A stretch of 63,035 bases of DNA, the filler included, from Phoronis australis (Eukaryota; Animalia; Phoronida), in assembly GCA_002633005.1 (NCBI GenBank). It is 6 parts of 6 records of this genome, joined end to end, with 100 filler letters (N's around TTAATTAATTAA, not from the genome) between each part and the next. Parts side by side here need not be neighbours in the genome. Positions count along the whole stretch, not along the records: positions 1 to 14,653 come from NMRA01000343.1; 5 more parts are not named here. One strand, 5' to 3'. Numbering within the stretch: the stretch's first letter is position 1; every line of letters begins with the position of its first letter. This document shows, piece by piece, positions 1 through 13,506 of this stretch. Both the position numbers and the translations under genes were made by a program. The notes below the pieces were generated by a model. It had not been told where the DNA came from, did no database searches, and was given only the letters and a program-made list of their open reading frames with translations.

Positions 1-105
1 CGACCTCCCACCATTCGGTGCTATGCGCATCTACAATCGTGCTTTGAGCAAATGTTTACAGACAAAATGTTGGGCCCCCCTTGTGATATCCTAGATCCGC
101 CACTG
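1..105. mobile_element. Right end of a non-autonomous hAT-like MITE (…GATCCGCCACTG)
   Basis: Near-identical to 25541-25643. Ends in the reverse complement of the CAGTGGCGGAT terminus seen at 1751. Confidence 0.6.
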
Positions 106-1750
106 ACATTAGTTACAAATCTTTACCACTCATTTACGGATTCTTACCAAAGAATAATTTCGTGTTATAGTGGCGAACGGTTTGCGATGCTTTGTGTGCA
201 TACAAACAAATCAATTCGTTGACAATCGCTAGGCACTGAAACGAGTGTGGGAGTTGTTGCGGGTTGGTTACAATTTATTTACGGATGCTTCCAATTACCT
301 GTTGGCGATCCGCAAGGACGCGTGCGAAAAATCCGTGTACGTGAAGGCAGCATTAAAACTGAGAGTCTACAAAGTACCTTGAACACGTGCCACTATCCGC
401 TATTTTTCAGTGCCTATAGGCCTAGCCTAGAATTGTTCATTTCCAGTGCTTTAGTTATGGAAAGTCAGTTTTGATGGCCAATGCAGACGAATAAAGGCAC
501 ATCCTCAGGGCCCGTGAAGTATGGATATTTTTCATGTTATGAGAGAAGTAGTTTACGTCGACGATTCACCAACCCCTGCAGTATGACTGGAAATATACGA
601 CTGTGGACGCTGTAACCGCCCTGCACTAACGTCACTGACATCCCACGAGTCATATACATGTCAATCAATACGTGAACTACGTATTTAGTGCCACGTAGGC
701 CTACATAATGCTATACGTACGACGTAGCACCAAAAATGCTGCGTATTTTCGGTATTAGTACGCATTTTTGCCGATGTTCATAACAAAATTTTCAAACCTT
801 TGCTTTAATTGGCTGTTACTGGCAATCTCTTTCGTCGAAACAATCTCTCCTACAGGATGCTCAACAAGCACCAGATACCATTTGAGAGGGTCTTTTGACT
901 GAGGGGAAATCTCACCCCCAATCACCGGCAATAAACCAATAACCCCCCCCCCCCNTCATCAGCAATGCCCAAGTTAGCCACTTCAAAACTTAAGTATTGC
1001 AGAACTGATTTTAACCTCGAGGGGAGTCTTTCAATTGTCGGAGGGAAATTTCTTCGACCTAGTGTCATTTTAAACATCGAGGAACGGCTCCAACTTATCG
1101 TTGCCGTGCATTTTATGGATAAAGAAGCAATCAGACACTAACACTGCACTCACGACGAGCAATATTCGGTTACGGAACGGAATTGGAAAATTCTATGTCA
1201 TAATTCAATGGTCCGGGCCAAGTTCAACCCATCACTTTTCATGAGCTTTTCCGCTATCTAGTGCTTTTTGGCCCCAGTACCTGAATTTTTTATGGACAAA
1301 ATTTCATTTTCGTCCCGTTGGGCCATGGTGAAACTTTATTTCACAAGCACTTTCAATTTTTGATTGATACAGCGCAGTATAATTATCCTAACGCTAAATC
1401 GTCGTGAGAGACCGTCCGGAGTTGGTATGTGGTGCAAATCTGGACGGTCTGAGGTCAACAGAAAACTACAGTTCAACTGTGAGTCTACACCAATGTAATA
1501 AACGAGAGTAGTTCTACTTGCTGCGTCAGCTGGAGATGTGCTTATCACTTTTATGACACACAATGTTTTAGTGGGCAAAGCGTTTTCAAAATAATGTGGA
1601 TAAATCAGTGGAGTGTGAGATCCCTGAGGTCCCTGTCAAGCCCTCACGACAATTCTACGTTATGAAAACGATTTTATGGAGCAAAGTCCGCCTGGGAGAG
1701 ACAAGACGTTTGGCCGTATTTCGTCGCCAACTATACATGAGGTTTCGATG

Positions 1751-2058
1751 CAGTGGCGGATTTAGGGGGGGGGGGGGNNNNNCAAGGAGGCCATGCCCCC
1801 CCTAAAATTCTACAAGATACCATTTGGGAGTTCGGGTGCGCGCAAGCACGGACTCGTCGGGGGTGAATAAACAATGCATAGGCCCTGAACAAACTGAACA
1901 ATCCTCGCTTACCGTTTTTTTTTAGTCAACAGGTCCGCAACCCCAAATATTCGAGGCCTCTGCGTCCCCACATTTTAGGCTGGGCGCGCGCATTTGCCGA
2001 AATTCTGGTTATTCCCGTGCCCTGGGCCCCCCAACTCAAAATCATGGATCCGCCCCTG
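1751..2058. mobile_element. MITE with CAG(T/G)GGCGGAT terminal inverted repeats and a 5-bp target-site duplication
   Basis: CAGTGGCGGAT at 1751 and ATCCGCCCCTG ending at 2058. CGATG lies on both flanks (1746-1750, 2059-2063). A related terminus is at 44578. A short N gap inside means the two ends may not belong to one copy. Confidence 0.65.
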
Positions 2059-3841
2059 CGATGTGTGTAGTGTACAGCATTGATCTACTGTAAATGCATC
2101 AGAATTGTAAAATAAACGAGAAATTCTGAATTTCAAGCAAAAATTGCACCGGAAGTATTGGCATTTTTCTGGAGACGAAGCCGACTGCGTCTTCCAGGCT
2201 TTCCCCAATGTATGTATTCACCCTGTCAATGTTATGTAGCGGGTTTGAAAATTGTCCAAATCTAGCTAACTTCGGAACACCATAATCTAGAAACGGCTGA
2301 TCAGATTCGTATGAAACTATAGTACATGCTTCACGAACTGTTCTCAAACACTCTGATAGGAAATGTGTTTAAATCGACTCACTTTTGTATGAGGGACTAT
2401 CAAACTTAGAGGACTTTTTTAATTTTCATGAAGAAATGCGTTGCATAAAGAAAAAACGAAATGATTATTTACAAATCCGTAACAGCATTTTTGAGATTTC
2501 ATATCCAATGAACTTCGATTATTGATACGGGTGTCTTGCTACGATGTAAAATTGTGACTTTCTTTTTTGATGAATTTGAATGAAAAGGCATGCTCACGTG
2601 TCCCAATCATCTTCAGGTTAGTGTAAAGTGAAAAACCCAAATTTTACAAGTTCTTTGCTTTCAGAAAATATACATATGTTTTATGAGTTTCATTTAATTT
2701 GCAGATCTTTGGATGATTGCACGCTCCTGTCGATAAGTAGGCAAAACGATTGCAAGCAATGTATACCCTTTATTTTCAATCGAACACAGTACAGCGTAGC
2801 CTTTAGGAAGTGCAATTTTTGTCATGCCAACAGCTCACGGTTGTATGTCAGAGCACCTAGTACTGGCACGCGCAGCCCCCAATACGGAAACGCTTTCCTC
2901 TCCAGACCGGTTTCCGCAAGCGCTTTCTGCGGCCACCTGAGTAACGACGTCGGTAGCATTTGACGAGAACTCGCACTGTCGTATAGCGTGTACGGCACTT
3001 TCCACGTCTGCTCGTATTGTATGCGATACACACACGCCTGGAATGACAGTAAACATTTTAAAGTTAAAACTAATATTTAAAAATGGCATTCTTTAACGTC
3101 TGGCTTCAATAAGTAAGGGCACTGTTGCGATAACGCCGATTTCCTTTCCAAATTCCACTAGTTAGAATTGTTCTCATCTATTTGAATCACAGCGAATGTT
3201 CAAGATTCAATTTCCAAATATAAACTCCTGGTATTAATTGAGACGATGTCCATCAGTGAGGCGGAGGAATGATGTCTACTAATACAATTGTCATCGGATC
3301 AAGGACAGGGATTATTGCGTCAATGCTTATCAATTATGTTTCAGTTTACCCCACAGTCTCAATTTTCTATGTACCTGTTATAAAACAACAAGGACTTACT
3401 TCCAAGATAAATAACTGAAATAAAAAGTAAGGGATGACAGAAAAACCGAAACAGAAATTTTTTGTTGATTTGTACAAATTACATAAACGTTGTTATACAT
3501 GAAGTGTTGAAACACAAGCTGAATTCTTTCTCAATCTATCTTAGACATATACTTCAATAATTCTTATGCTTATCAATAAACGAAACATTTAATCAAGGAC
3601 AAAAAGCCGGTTTTGACCTACGAACAAATATTATCCATGAATTTCCCATCCAGTCCTCTTTTAACAAAACAATGCTCTGCAATCATCGTCAAACCTCAAA
3701 ACTGTAACCCTCATCAACCCTCTAATGTTAGGAGCAAATTTGAAAACTCCATGGGAACTTTACGTTGATTAGAAAACATTCAGAAATGGTATACAAATAT
3801 CAAAGAGACCTCTCTGGTTTACAACACCTTTACAGAATTTC

Positions 3842-4529
3842 TTACCCTGGATATCTGCATGACATTGACTGCAGATTGACCCTGGCCCAACACTGATAGT
3901 AGCCAGCAGGAGCTGTCCAAGGACCCTTCTTGAGTCTGCGCACTCGTAAGGGACAACTGTTGAAAAAACACGACCTGAAGCTCCATGGAACTTGTCGGCT
4001 AGTCGCCTCAACCGCTTCGTCATCGCCGTCGACCTGATCTCCTCTCTCTTCCACGTCGTTGTCAAGCTCTTGCTCTTCGTCCAGAGCTTCCTTGTCATTG
4101 GCAGGTTCTGCTACGTCTTTTTCAACTGACCGTGACGACACGTCATCATCTTCTGCAGCTTTGTCCAGCATGGCTGTTGGCACCACTGCGGGATTATCCT
4201 CTGCGCGTGCGTGAACAAACAGCAGCAGCCCCAAAGCTACCAGGCAACACTGGAAGTAAAGAAAAGTTAACGATGTAAAACTGAAAGAACGTTAAAAGCG
4301 ACATCGTCGGTTTTACTTGTGAAAAACATACTTTGGTATCAGTGTTGGGTGGGATAGACTTCTTGAAGTTATTAACTTTGACCCGAGCTATAAAACAATA
4401 AAATCCGTTCTATTTTTACAAATGCTAGGCACAAATTCTGCAGTAGCAGTTGATCACACTACGCCCAGACAACTCCTTCGCGCTAAATAGCAGTCGATTT
4501 TAAGAGTAGGACTCTCACCTTGATACCAT
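3842..4529 (-). CDS. Secreted prepropeptide (149 aa): signal peptide, acidic pro-region, cationic Cys-rich C-terminal peptide; antimicrobial-peptide/toxin-like architecture
   Basis: Exon 4529-4519 (ATG GTA TCA AG|gtgag) joins in phase 2 to exon 4280-3842 (ttctttcag|T TTT ACA). This gives MVSSFTSLTFLYFQCCLVALGLLLFVHARA-EDNP…(D/E-rich)…TSR-QVPWSFRSCFFNSCPLRVRRLKKGPWTAPAGYYQCWARVNLQSMSCRYPG*. Confidence 0.75.
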
Positions 4530-7500
4530 TTAAATAGGGGGATTTTCGTCGCCCATCTTTGTTCTGTTAGAAAAATAGTTTTGCACATTGCGGTATTTCA
4601 CTTGTCTTTCGGTAAACATCTCAACCTCATTTGTAACTACTCAAACTTAGCTCGAAACACCTCATCATCATAATATTTTCCTAAATAAAGATTAAGAATA
4701 ATTTTTGCAGTACATCTTTCTGGCACTCTAGTAAAGTGAATCTCATGAAAGTTATTCTCCTAATGGTCAAAATCATACCCTAAACGTGTAACACAGAGCC
4801 TGGGCTTTTATCACTGGCTTCCGAGTTGGGCCTTAGGGAACAAAGACGGTGTTTATGATAACCGATGTCTGTTCGTGGCAATATCCTTCCCGGCCCAGTT
4901 TAGACACTGTCGACTACAAAAACTACATCCACCATTAAAATTTGAACTTTTCATTGTTTGCAGGACGAAATCGGTCAACTACAACAGAAAAAACGAGCAT
5001 TGCATATGTTGTTCCTTAGTTGATACTCTCCCGATCTCTATTGTGTAATCGGACGGAGAAATTTGAATTGCGGAGCGTGTCATGCTTTCTCGCGAAATTT
5101 CGTTGAAACACGGCCCCAAAATTTCTGGTGGCCGCCAACCCAGGTTTGCACCCCAAAGAGCAAAGCTCGCACGCCTGTAGCGAGGGGTGGGGTAGAAAAT
5201 TGACGACGACCATGGGGAATTGGTGGCTATAAGGCGAATATGAAATTTGGGAAGGGGGGGGGCAAAATTTGGCGGAGTAAAAATAGGTTACGGTCCCTCT
5301 CCAAATAACGTTTAACCTTACTGAGAAATATAAATCACAGAGTTGTGTTACCCCAAGTTCATTGCAAGGGAAAGGCAAAATTGAGTATTTATCATCACTT
5401 TCTAAATTATGCGAGTTTTTACTTGAACCCGGCGTTAAATAAGCAATTTGCTAAATTAAAATGTTCTAACCTTTAAAAATTCACAGAAAAGTGTTACAAC
5501 GATATGATGAAAATTGATTGAAATGTCAGTTTTTATGAAGTTATAGAAGCATTGGCACCTTTCATTTATTCAAAGAACTCTGGCGCTGGAATGCCAACTC
5601 CCGCACGTGGCCTATGTAATCATTATTAGAGCTCGCGAACGAGACTAGCCGCGAGAATTTGCACAGCGAATTTTCGTCTGTCTTTTCCACTGAATTTTGA
5701 TCAAGTGTTGCATTTATCAAATCAAGCCTAATCTCATTGTTTCATTTTCATTTTGACATTTCATTAATTAGAGATTCTTGAGCTACCAAACTAGACAACC
5801 AAACTACGCTTTCGCCACCTGTTGCGGATTAACAAAACTAAACGAGACCGTGTGTGAAACATGGTTTAAAGAATACTGTATAGTCTTGAAACTCCATATG
5901 AAGATTTATTTTGGATACAACTAGGACCTTGTTTAAGTGAGAAGACAGACCATGGTATGGCTGGAAAATAGCATTTCACATGTGCAGGTAAGTCGCACTG
6001 AATTGTCTCTAAGATCGAGGTGAGAATCGAAGAAAAAGACGATCTTCAATTTGACATTGTTTAAGGATATTACATGTAGGTCGTAAAAAATATCTACAAA
6101 ATTCATTCCGGAACAGTTCACAGTCCCGATAGCCGTAAATTTTGGTCTTTTAGACCAAAAGTCTTATCTTAAGTCTACTTTGTACATGTAACAGGATAAT
6201 CTTCGGTCAGCTTAGACCGATTTCGGTCTTAATTTTGGTCTAGAGAAATTTCATGAAACGTCCTGTTACAAAGCAGCCCTGTCTGATAGCTTGATGTGCG
6301 TTTGCGGCACTGAAACGGATTGTTGAGCGAGAGAAAACATCCACATCTACAGTTTAAGAAAAGGTGTGCTTGCAGTTCAAGACAGCTGACAGAAAACTCA
6401 GGCGATGTGCAAGACATACCCTCCTTTGACACTACTGTACATTCATGATCAGGCTTTTACTAACATACGCCGCGCTCGTGTTTTTCGGGCTCGTTACCTG
6501 TTTTGAAGGTGCTGGATTCAGTTTTTGACTCCGGGATATCTGTTTTACACCCGGGCTCCAGTTTCGATGGAACACCCTTTTCCAAAAAGACGCGCAATAC
6601 TATTCAGTTAATCACAGCTTCCCTAAAGCCAAAAACGTACATCGATAAATAAAAGAATTGTTTATTCTAAATATTGTATCATAGTCCGGTGGCAGCCCTT
6701 CGACACAAACTTGGTTGAAGACTGCGCTCTTGAGGATAGGATGAGATTGTATGGAGACAACGAGCGAGTATATATAAGCTATCTAACAAAAAATTCAGTC
6801 GTGCCTTCAACCAAAATTATTTTATTCGTGAATTAATGCTCTTAATAAAGCTGTATTACCAGTAACACCGACAGCTCGAATCAGGTAAGTTAATCTTACC
6901 AAATTCCTCATGCTGAAATTCTTCCCACGTCACCCGTTGAAATATCGCCTTGATCAGGAGACGGTCACAGGACACTTGCTACTGTGCGTCAACGCGTATC
7001 AATAAGAAGGTTTGGGGCAAATGAATAGTACACAATAATACGTGAGTCGAAAATATCCCGGCCTATGAAAAAGCAACAAAAATGGCATTTATTTGGGTCA
7101 CCGCTATGAAAACCGTTGTTGATTAAAAACGGCGAGAGTTAACTTTGTTGATTAATTAATTGTTAAGTTAGATATTTATAGGATTGCACAACAATCTAAT
7201 CTAAATTTGAAGTTTCTGGGTGGTTAAAACTGGCATTAGAATACATAGCTCCTTGACCGCTTCACGGCCCAGTTCATTATTTGTTGGAAAACGTCAATTC
7301 ATGCGAATGAACCTGGCCTTGATCAGTCAACCGAAAACAACAGGATTCACCTTTTGTGACCTCAGATGGAAGTGTCACGACGTCGTTTTTCGTCAACAAG
7401 TTCTGCAATATATATTAAAGGAACGTTATCTGTTTTACGGCGAAGGAAACGCGTATTATAGTCGCATAGGATAGACTTTGTGAAGATATTAGCTTTAGCT

Positions 7501-7721
7501 AGATTTGTAAAACAACAGAATGAGCGTTTTTTGCGTCTTTTCTTTCAGATTTTATTTATTTATTTATTATTGTGATATTTAAAATGAGTATGGCCTCTTC
7601 AGTGATAGCACACTGCTTTCAAAGAGTGCCCTCAACAAGAGAAACAGTAATGTAATACAATGAACTAATAAAACAACAATGAAATATACGTAACAAAGCT
7701 AACATTAAAACAGATTGAGAA

Positions 7722-7830
7722 TTAAAGGAGCATGCCACCCAAAAACAACCTAATTTGTATCAATTTAGATCGAGTAGTTCTCCATAACGACACGTACGGT
7801 TGCGTTACCTGACACCTGACGGAGACTTAA
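7722..7830. mobile_element. Terminus of a TTAA-flanked non-autonomous DNA element (Kolobok-like); inner boundary uncertain
   Basis: TTAA|AGGAGCATGCCACCC… is the reverse complement of about 110 bp at 33622-33731, which lies on another contig. Confidence 0.6.
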
Positions 7831-8593
7831 AATTTAGAAAAATATGAATCATTTTGTGACACCGAATCAACGCTTGAACAGCAGTTGACAGTCAAACAAA
7901 AAAACATTTCAAAATTATTTCAACTATTTTTTAGATTAGTGTAAGATCATCTGAATGGGAAATTTACAGTAAAATAATTCGAATATATCTTATATTTTTG
8001 CACAAAAAACACGAAAATTGAACAAACTTTCTTTTTTGTAGCAATGTTTGTCAAAATGTATCAACGTTAAATCTTCACAGATTACAAAGTAGCCCATTGA
8101 ACATGCCTTTCAGGTCAGCAAAAGTCGCGCCATGTTGTCGGTGCCGCCAGAAATGAGACGAAGTCCAGCGGGAATTGTGAGCACATTTATCACTTAATGA
8201 GTAACAACTGCGAGGCTGAAATTTGGTGAACACTGTTAACTCGTGCAGAATAGTAAGTAAAGATATGTCTAACTAAATTTCACCGTAATTTGTTGGCGAA
8301 AACAATTTACACAAATTTTTAAACTCGTAACTTATCCCGCTGTCCTCCAATATGGGCGACGCGATCCAAACAGAGTGACCCAAATTTCGCCACAAAACTT
8401 GCAATAACTTTACACTGCTTGCCCCGATTTTGATACTTTTTCGATTTTTACTGAGTAGAATGCACTACCTTTCCGATGATAGCAAATTACTTTTTCAAAA
8501 CGAGAAAAAAATAAAACCGAAAAAAATTGGTTCGACCCATATTGGTTCCTCGGTTCGACCGGCCTACGTAAGGAACTAAACACCAATGCTATT

Positions 8594-9787
8594 TTAAAGT
8601 CCTTGTTGCAAACTGCCCATGTGGTTCTAGTATCCGAAAATACTTACTACATAAAATCTTATTTTCGACACCCTTTCTTTATATTCTTTTCGCCTTTCTT
8701 GCCAAAAACGATTTTTCAACCGTATTTGACCCTTTTCTCTGAGCGTATGATCATCGGTTATTTCCGTACCCACATTTCCGGCTCATCAGTTCAGGAACTT
8801 GTCCTGAAAGCCGCCATTTTTCCNNNNNNNNNNNNNNNNNNNNNNNNNNNNNNNNNNNNNNNNNNNNNNNNNNNNNNNNNNNNNNNNNNNNNNNNNNNNN
8901 NNNNNNNNNNNNNNNNNNNNNNNNNNNNNNNNNNNNNNNNNNNNNNNNNNNNNNNNNNNNNNNNNNNNNNNNNNNNNNNNNNNNNNNNNNNNNNNNNNNN
9001 NNNNNNNNNNNNNNNNNNNNNNNNNNNNNNNNNNNNNNNNNNNNNNNNNNNNNNNNNNNNNNNNNNNNNNNNNNNNNNNNNNNNNNNNNNNNNNNNNNNN
9101 NNNNNNNNNNNNNNNNNNNNNNNNNNNNNNNNNNNNNNNNNNNNNNNNNNNNNNNNNNNNNNNNNNNNNNNNNNNNNNNNNNNNNNNNNNNNNNNNNNNN
9201 NNNNNTGTACTTCCGGGTTCGCGGCAAGTTCAAAATGGCGGTGTTTCTTCGGGTGCGAATCGTGAGTGGCGCGTTCATTTAAACTGTTTTCGAGTACGGA
9301 TCGTGTATTAGTTATGGGGTAGGTACTTCTTGGATCCTTATAACATCTTCTAACCATGTAATAAGGGTTAACAACGCGTGAGACAAGGACTTTAACATAC
9401 TAAGTACGCGTAACATTCCAAAAAAAATCAACGACCACTAACTACAAACTATAAATACACTACATATGCAAACGAATCACGAGATATTACTAATAAAACA
9501 AAATAATGAAGGCTTTTTGAGCAAGCCATAGCACATTCAGTTACAAGGAAAAAATGGCGGCGTTGAGGACAAGTTCCGGAACTGATGAGCCGGAAATGTG
9601 GGTACGGAAATAACCGATGACAGCCAATAATTATACGGTCACAGAGAAGGGTCAAATACTGTTAAAAAATCGCTTTTGGCAAGAAAGGCGAAAAGAATAT
9701 AAAGAAAGGGTGTCGAAAATAAGATTTTATGTAGTAAGTATTTTCGGATACTGGAACCACATGGGCAGTTTGAGAGCAGGACTTTAA
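8594..9787. mobile_element. TTAA-flanked element(s) with ~230-bp inverted arms; contains an N gap
   Basis: 8594-8823 is the reverse complement of ~9550-9787. Ends are TTAA|AGTCC…GGACT|TTAA. A second ACAAGGACTTTAA end lies at ~9383-9395, so two copies may be involved. Confidence 0.65.
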
Positions 9788-12700
9788 GTCCGACGCCATG
9801 TACACCTACATCTACGCGTAGTAGCTTAATTGTAGTACAGCAAAATATTCGTTTTCTCGAACGTGTTCTATGTAAATTACTGAAATAAAAGTACCTTCTG
9901 ATTTAACCTCGAAATTCTCAAACACTGTGCAAATGATAATTTGGTAACCATAACGTGATTTTTATTTGCTGTTTCGAAAAAGCGCGCCCCAAGAAAGAAC
10001 GGAGACACGAGATGGATGACGGGCCGACCAATGGCTCAGTGTTTAAGGAAGATGACTTTAGTTTGAAGTGTTAAAATTCATTTCATTCCCAATTTCGACC
10101 GCAGTAAACTGAATAACTAAATTAAAATTCAGAAATTTGTCTCAAAATTCCCTTGGCGTGGTAGGCAGCGATAATTTCTACCACCAAAAGTAAAAGAGTC
10201 GCCTGTTATGGGCTTGAAACCTATGCCTGTTATTTGTTGACGCTTTGTACGACATATGTATGTTTGAGAATAGAAGTCAATTTTCAACGGTGTTTGGGAC
10301 ATCGTGTGTGCCTTAACGTGCTTAAAACTACCAGTTTCATATAAAAAATTACGAACATTATCTGATGTCAATTGGCTGATCTCGGGGGCGAGCATTGATT
10401 GCATTGGTCGATTCACACTACGAAGATTCGAGACAACCAACCTCGGCACTAACCATCTTCCACTGTATTCAGAGTGAAAAGTCTTCAGATGTTGCTGCTG
10501 GTTTTTCCAAGAATGACGAGGCGTTGAGTTGGTGGTTGTGAGTATTTGAGCACTCTTTGGCTCTTCACTTTCCCGCGGGAAATCAAGAGAAGCGCAGATA
10601 TGTAACAAGTTTATTCACTAAACTCGTGTTGGAGAACAAAATGGCACACTGGCGCTGGATACGTCAGATACGAATCACTTACATACGCGCACCCACCCTT
10701 TAATATGGGGCTCGAAGTCCTGGCGATGTGGACCTTTTGCTGACAAAAAAGTGGGAGGACTAAAAAAGAAAAAAAAAACGGGTACCACCTTCACTATGCC
10801 TCTGTGCCTTTTCGGTGGACTTTTGTCTCTTTTTCACTTTCTCGGAATTTTTGTTTCTCTGAGGCGGACCTTTTTGCCCACTTCGCCAAATGAGCTGGGC
10901 GCGCGCATGTTATACGGGGTCCAAAAAGTAACGGCACTCGTTTGAATGCAGACGGATTGTATTTGACCTCATGAATATTCAGTGCAATGACTTAAACGAC
11001 ATTAAGAGTTCTTATTGTGACATTTCTCATGAAAATTGAAGAAAGTTATTGAAAATTTTACTTCTCATGAATTTTAGAACATGGCTACCAATAAATGGTT
11101 TTGCGCATTTCTTCTCGTCTTGAAATCATTCATCGTTCGAGCACCCCGAGCTCCTCTGGGTGCGCGCATGGCTAATGTTCAGAAACGATCAAATAAAGTC
11201 ATGTATTTTCTCGTTTTAAGCTATTGAGTTCACGGTTGTGAATTGCAGTGCTATAAAGGAACTGGTTTAGTGATGTAAGCAATGTAGTCACTTTATAAGA
11301 GCTCAATGTCCAGGATGGTACAGATATTTACTCTGCAACTCTAACTTCTAGAATGTTTGGGATAATATTTTTACCAGTGAGACCACTGAAAGCTAAATCC
11401 CTCATGAGATTTCAAACTTAGCTTTGTTTCCGAAACTTTAAATCGTGCACTACTAAATTCAGTCATTTTGTTGCCTGTTTTTGACTACTGTGACTTTTTC
11501 AAATCATGCGTATTCGTCGTAGGACAAATGTTCTTAAGATACACGAATTATTCACTTGAAACGCTTAACAAAAACCTCCAGTCACGATTTTGTCGATAAA
11601 GGAATTAAAAAGAGGAACATGTTTGTGAAAATTACTCCTGTCACATATTGTTAACATTTAAGATGATATACGAGGTCGCTTTAACAATCGACATCAAAGG
11701 TGGGCCGCAATTTTTGACACTGGAGGAAAAATACAATGGAGCGAAAACTATAAATTCTCTTTTAATATGCTCAATTCATTATGTCAGTCATTGCAAACAT
11801 AAATAAAGACCATAATATGGGCAGTGGGCCATAACTCCAGTCTTTTCTCCTGAGACCATGTCAGGGGGGACTTTATTTTTCCTCACTAGCAACTGATATT
11901 TGGAAAGTTCCCGCATTTTAAGGTGCACATTTATAACATAGTTAAAACGCAGATTTTTTAAGATCTCCTGCATCTCTTGCCAATGACTTTACGTAGCCTA
12001 TGAAATTATTATCTGCAGTATCACACTTTCTCAACATCTAATTTCATTGTTTTCACTATGTTCCATTCCATGTCCAACTGTAGAATTAGCCAAAATTATA
12101 GTCAAATTTCTAAAATGTGCATGTTTAAACATATGGGGATTTTACTTTCATAAAACACAATGATTTGTGATATCAACAACAAAACAAAATTGCCCCCCCA
12201 AGTGGCCACAGAAGTATTTTTCTAAGCCCCAGTCCGGCCACGACCTATTGGTATTTTTTTTTGGTTTAGACCTCAAAAAGAACAAATTATCGAACTTCTG
12301 AACGATTTTAAGAACAGATAGGGGATCGTTTTGGCTACTTTACTTTGCGAAATATGACAATTGCCATCACAAGTAAAGCGATTGGTAGGTCTGCATATCA
12401 CACATACGTGTTGATACAGGCTTGTGATGAAGCGGTATGACACAGAGAACTATAGGGCTGATAACCCATATCAGCTCATAAGTACTGCTATTCCCGTAAA
12501 AGTCTAGGCAGATTGACTAAGACTTACTGTACATTAACGTTTGCAATGAGTGCAAGAAGTGAGGTACTTACAAATATAGCCTTCACTACAACTTCTCAGT
12601 ACTCTGTCCTGGTGTTCTTAACCAATGCAAAAGGAAATTCTGAATAACGAAAAGAAAACACGAAAATATTTAAAAAATATATCAATAGACGCTGATTTTC

Positions 12701-13365
12701 TCTATGCTTTAACAAAAATTAATAACTGATGATAAACTCACAAGAAAAACACATAAAAAATATTGTATGCACGACTGCCCCGACATCTATTGAGTACTAT
12801 TGCGGTGGTAACCAAAATGGTCTACGCCAGCACAGAAAAACAATTTCCAATGTTACACTCTAGGACTTACTCCCAGGTTACACTGCGCCATTGTTTGTAA
12901 ATTTTAAGTGAATAAACAGTTAATAATTGAAACAGGTTATTGATTAAGAGTGTTTCGATCAATTCGAAGAAAATTTAACTACGATTTGAAAGATTTAACA
13001 TATCGTCTTATACTGATCGTCTGCTACCAGATTTGGCGAATGCGCACCTAAGAAAGTCCTTTAGGTATGTGTGCTGAATATGTTATATAATGTAGGTGAT
13101 GATAATTGTAGGTTATTATATCGAGATTCGTGATGTGCAAAAAGTATCTGAACGGGGGCGAAGCGACTATCATTTTTTCGCATGCTGCAGCGCAGTGTAC
13201 ATAATGTAAGGCGCCGCGTTTGACAGCGATAAATACGTCAGATATCGGCGATTGAACGTTGACCGTGTTAGCGTCGGAGAGCTCTAGTCTATTTTTTTGA
13301 CCTAGATAACACAGTGTACGACCAACACAATTACACAGACATTTTACTGAGTCTTTCGCGAGATC

Positions 13366-13506
13366 ATGGTCCGTTTGGCCGTATTCGGGGGAACAGGACC
13401 AACAGGTCGTTTGGTAGTGCAGCAGGCTCTCGCAAGAGGTCACAGTGTAACAGCCCTGGTTAGAAACGTGGACAAACTAAAAGACCTTACAGACGATAAG
13501 CTGCAG
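13366..13506 (+). CDS. First coding exon of an NAD(P)-binding Rossmann-fold oxidoreductase (flavin reductase/biliverdin reductase B-like); rest of gene lost at contig end
   Basis: MVRLAVFGGTGPTGRLVVQQALARGHSVTALVRNVDKLKDLTDDKLQ|gtacc. Contains a GxxGxxG dinucleotide-binding motif followed by GHxVTALVR. Confidence 0.85.

Noticed and set aside
8603-9357. Long ORFs spanning N runs (also near 14500, 24900 and 43300-43700)
   Set aside because: Artefacts of translating gaps.
10129-10608. 159-aa ORF, possibly a hAT/TTF zinc-finger relic
   Set aside because: No diagnostic motif or splice support that I can defend.
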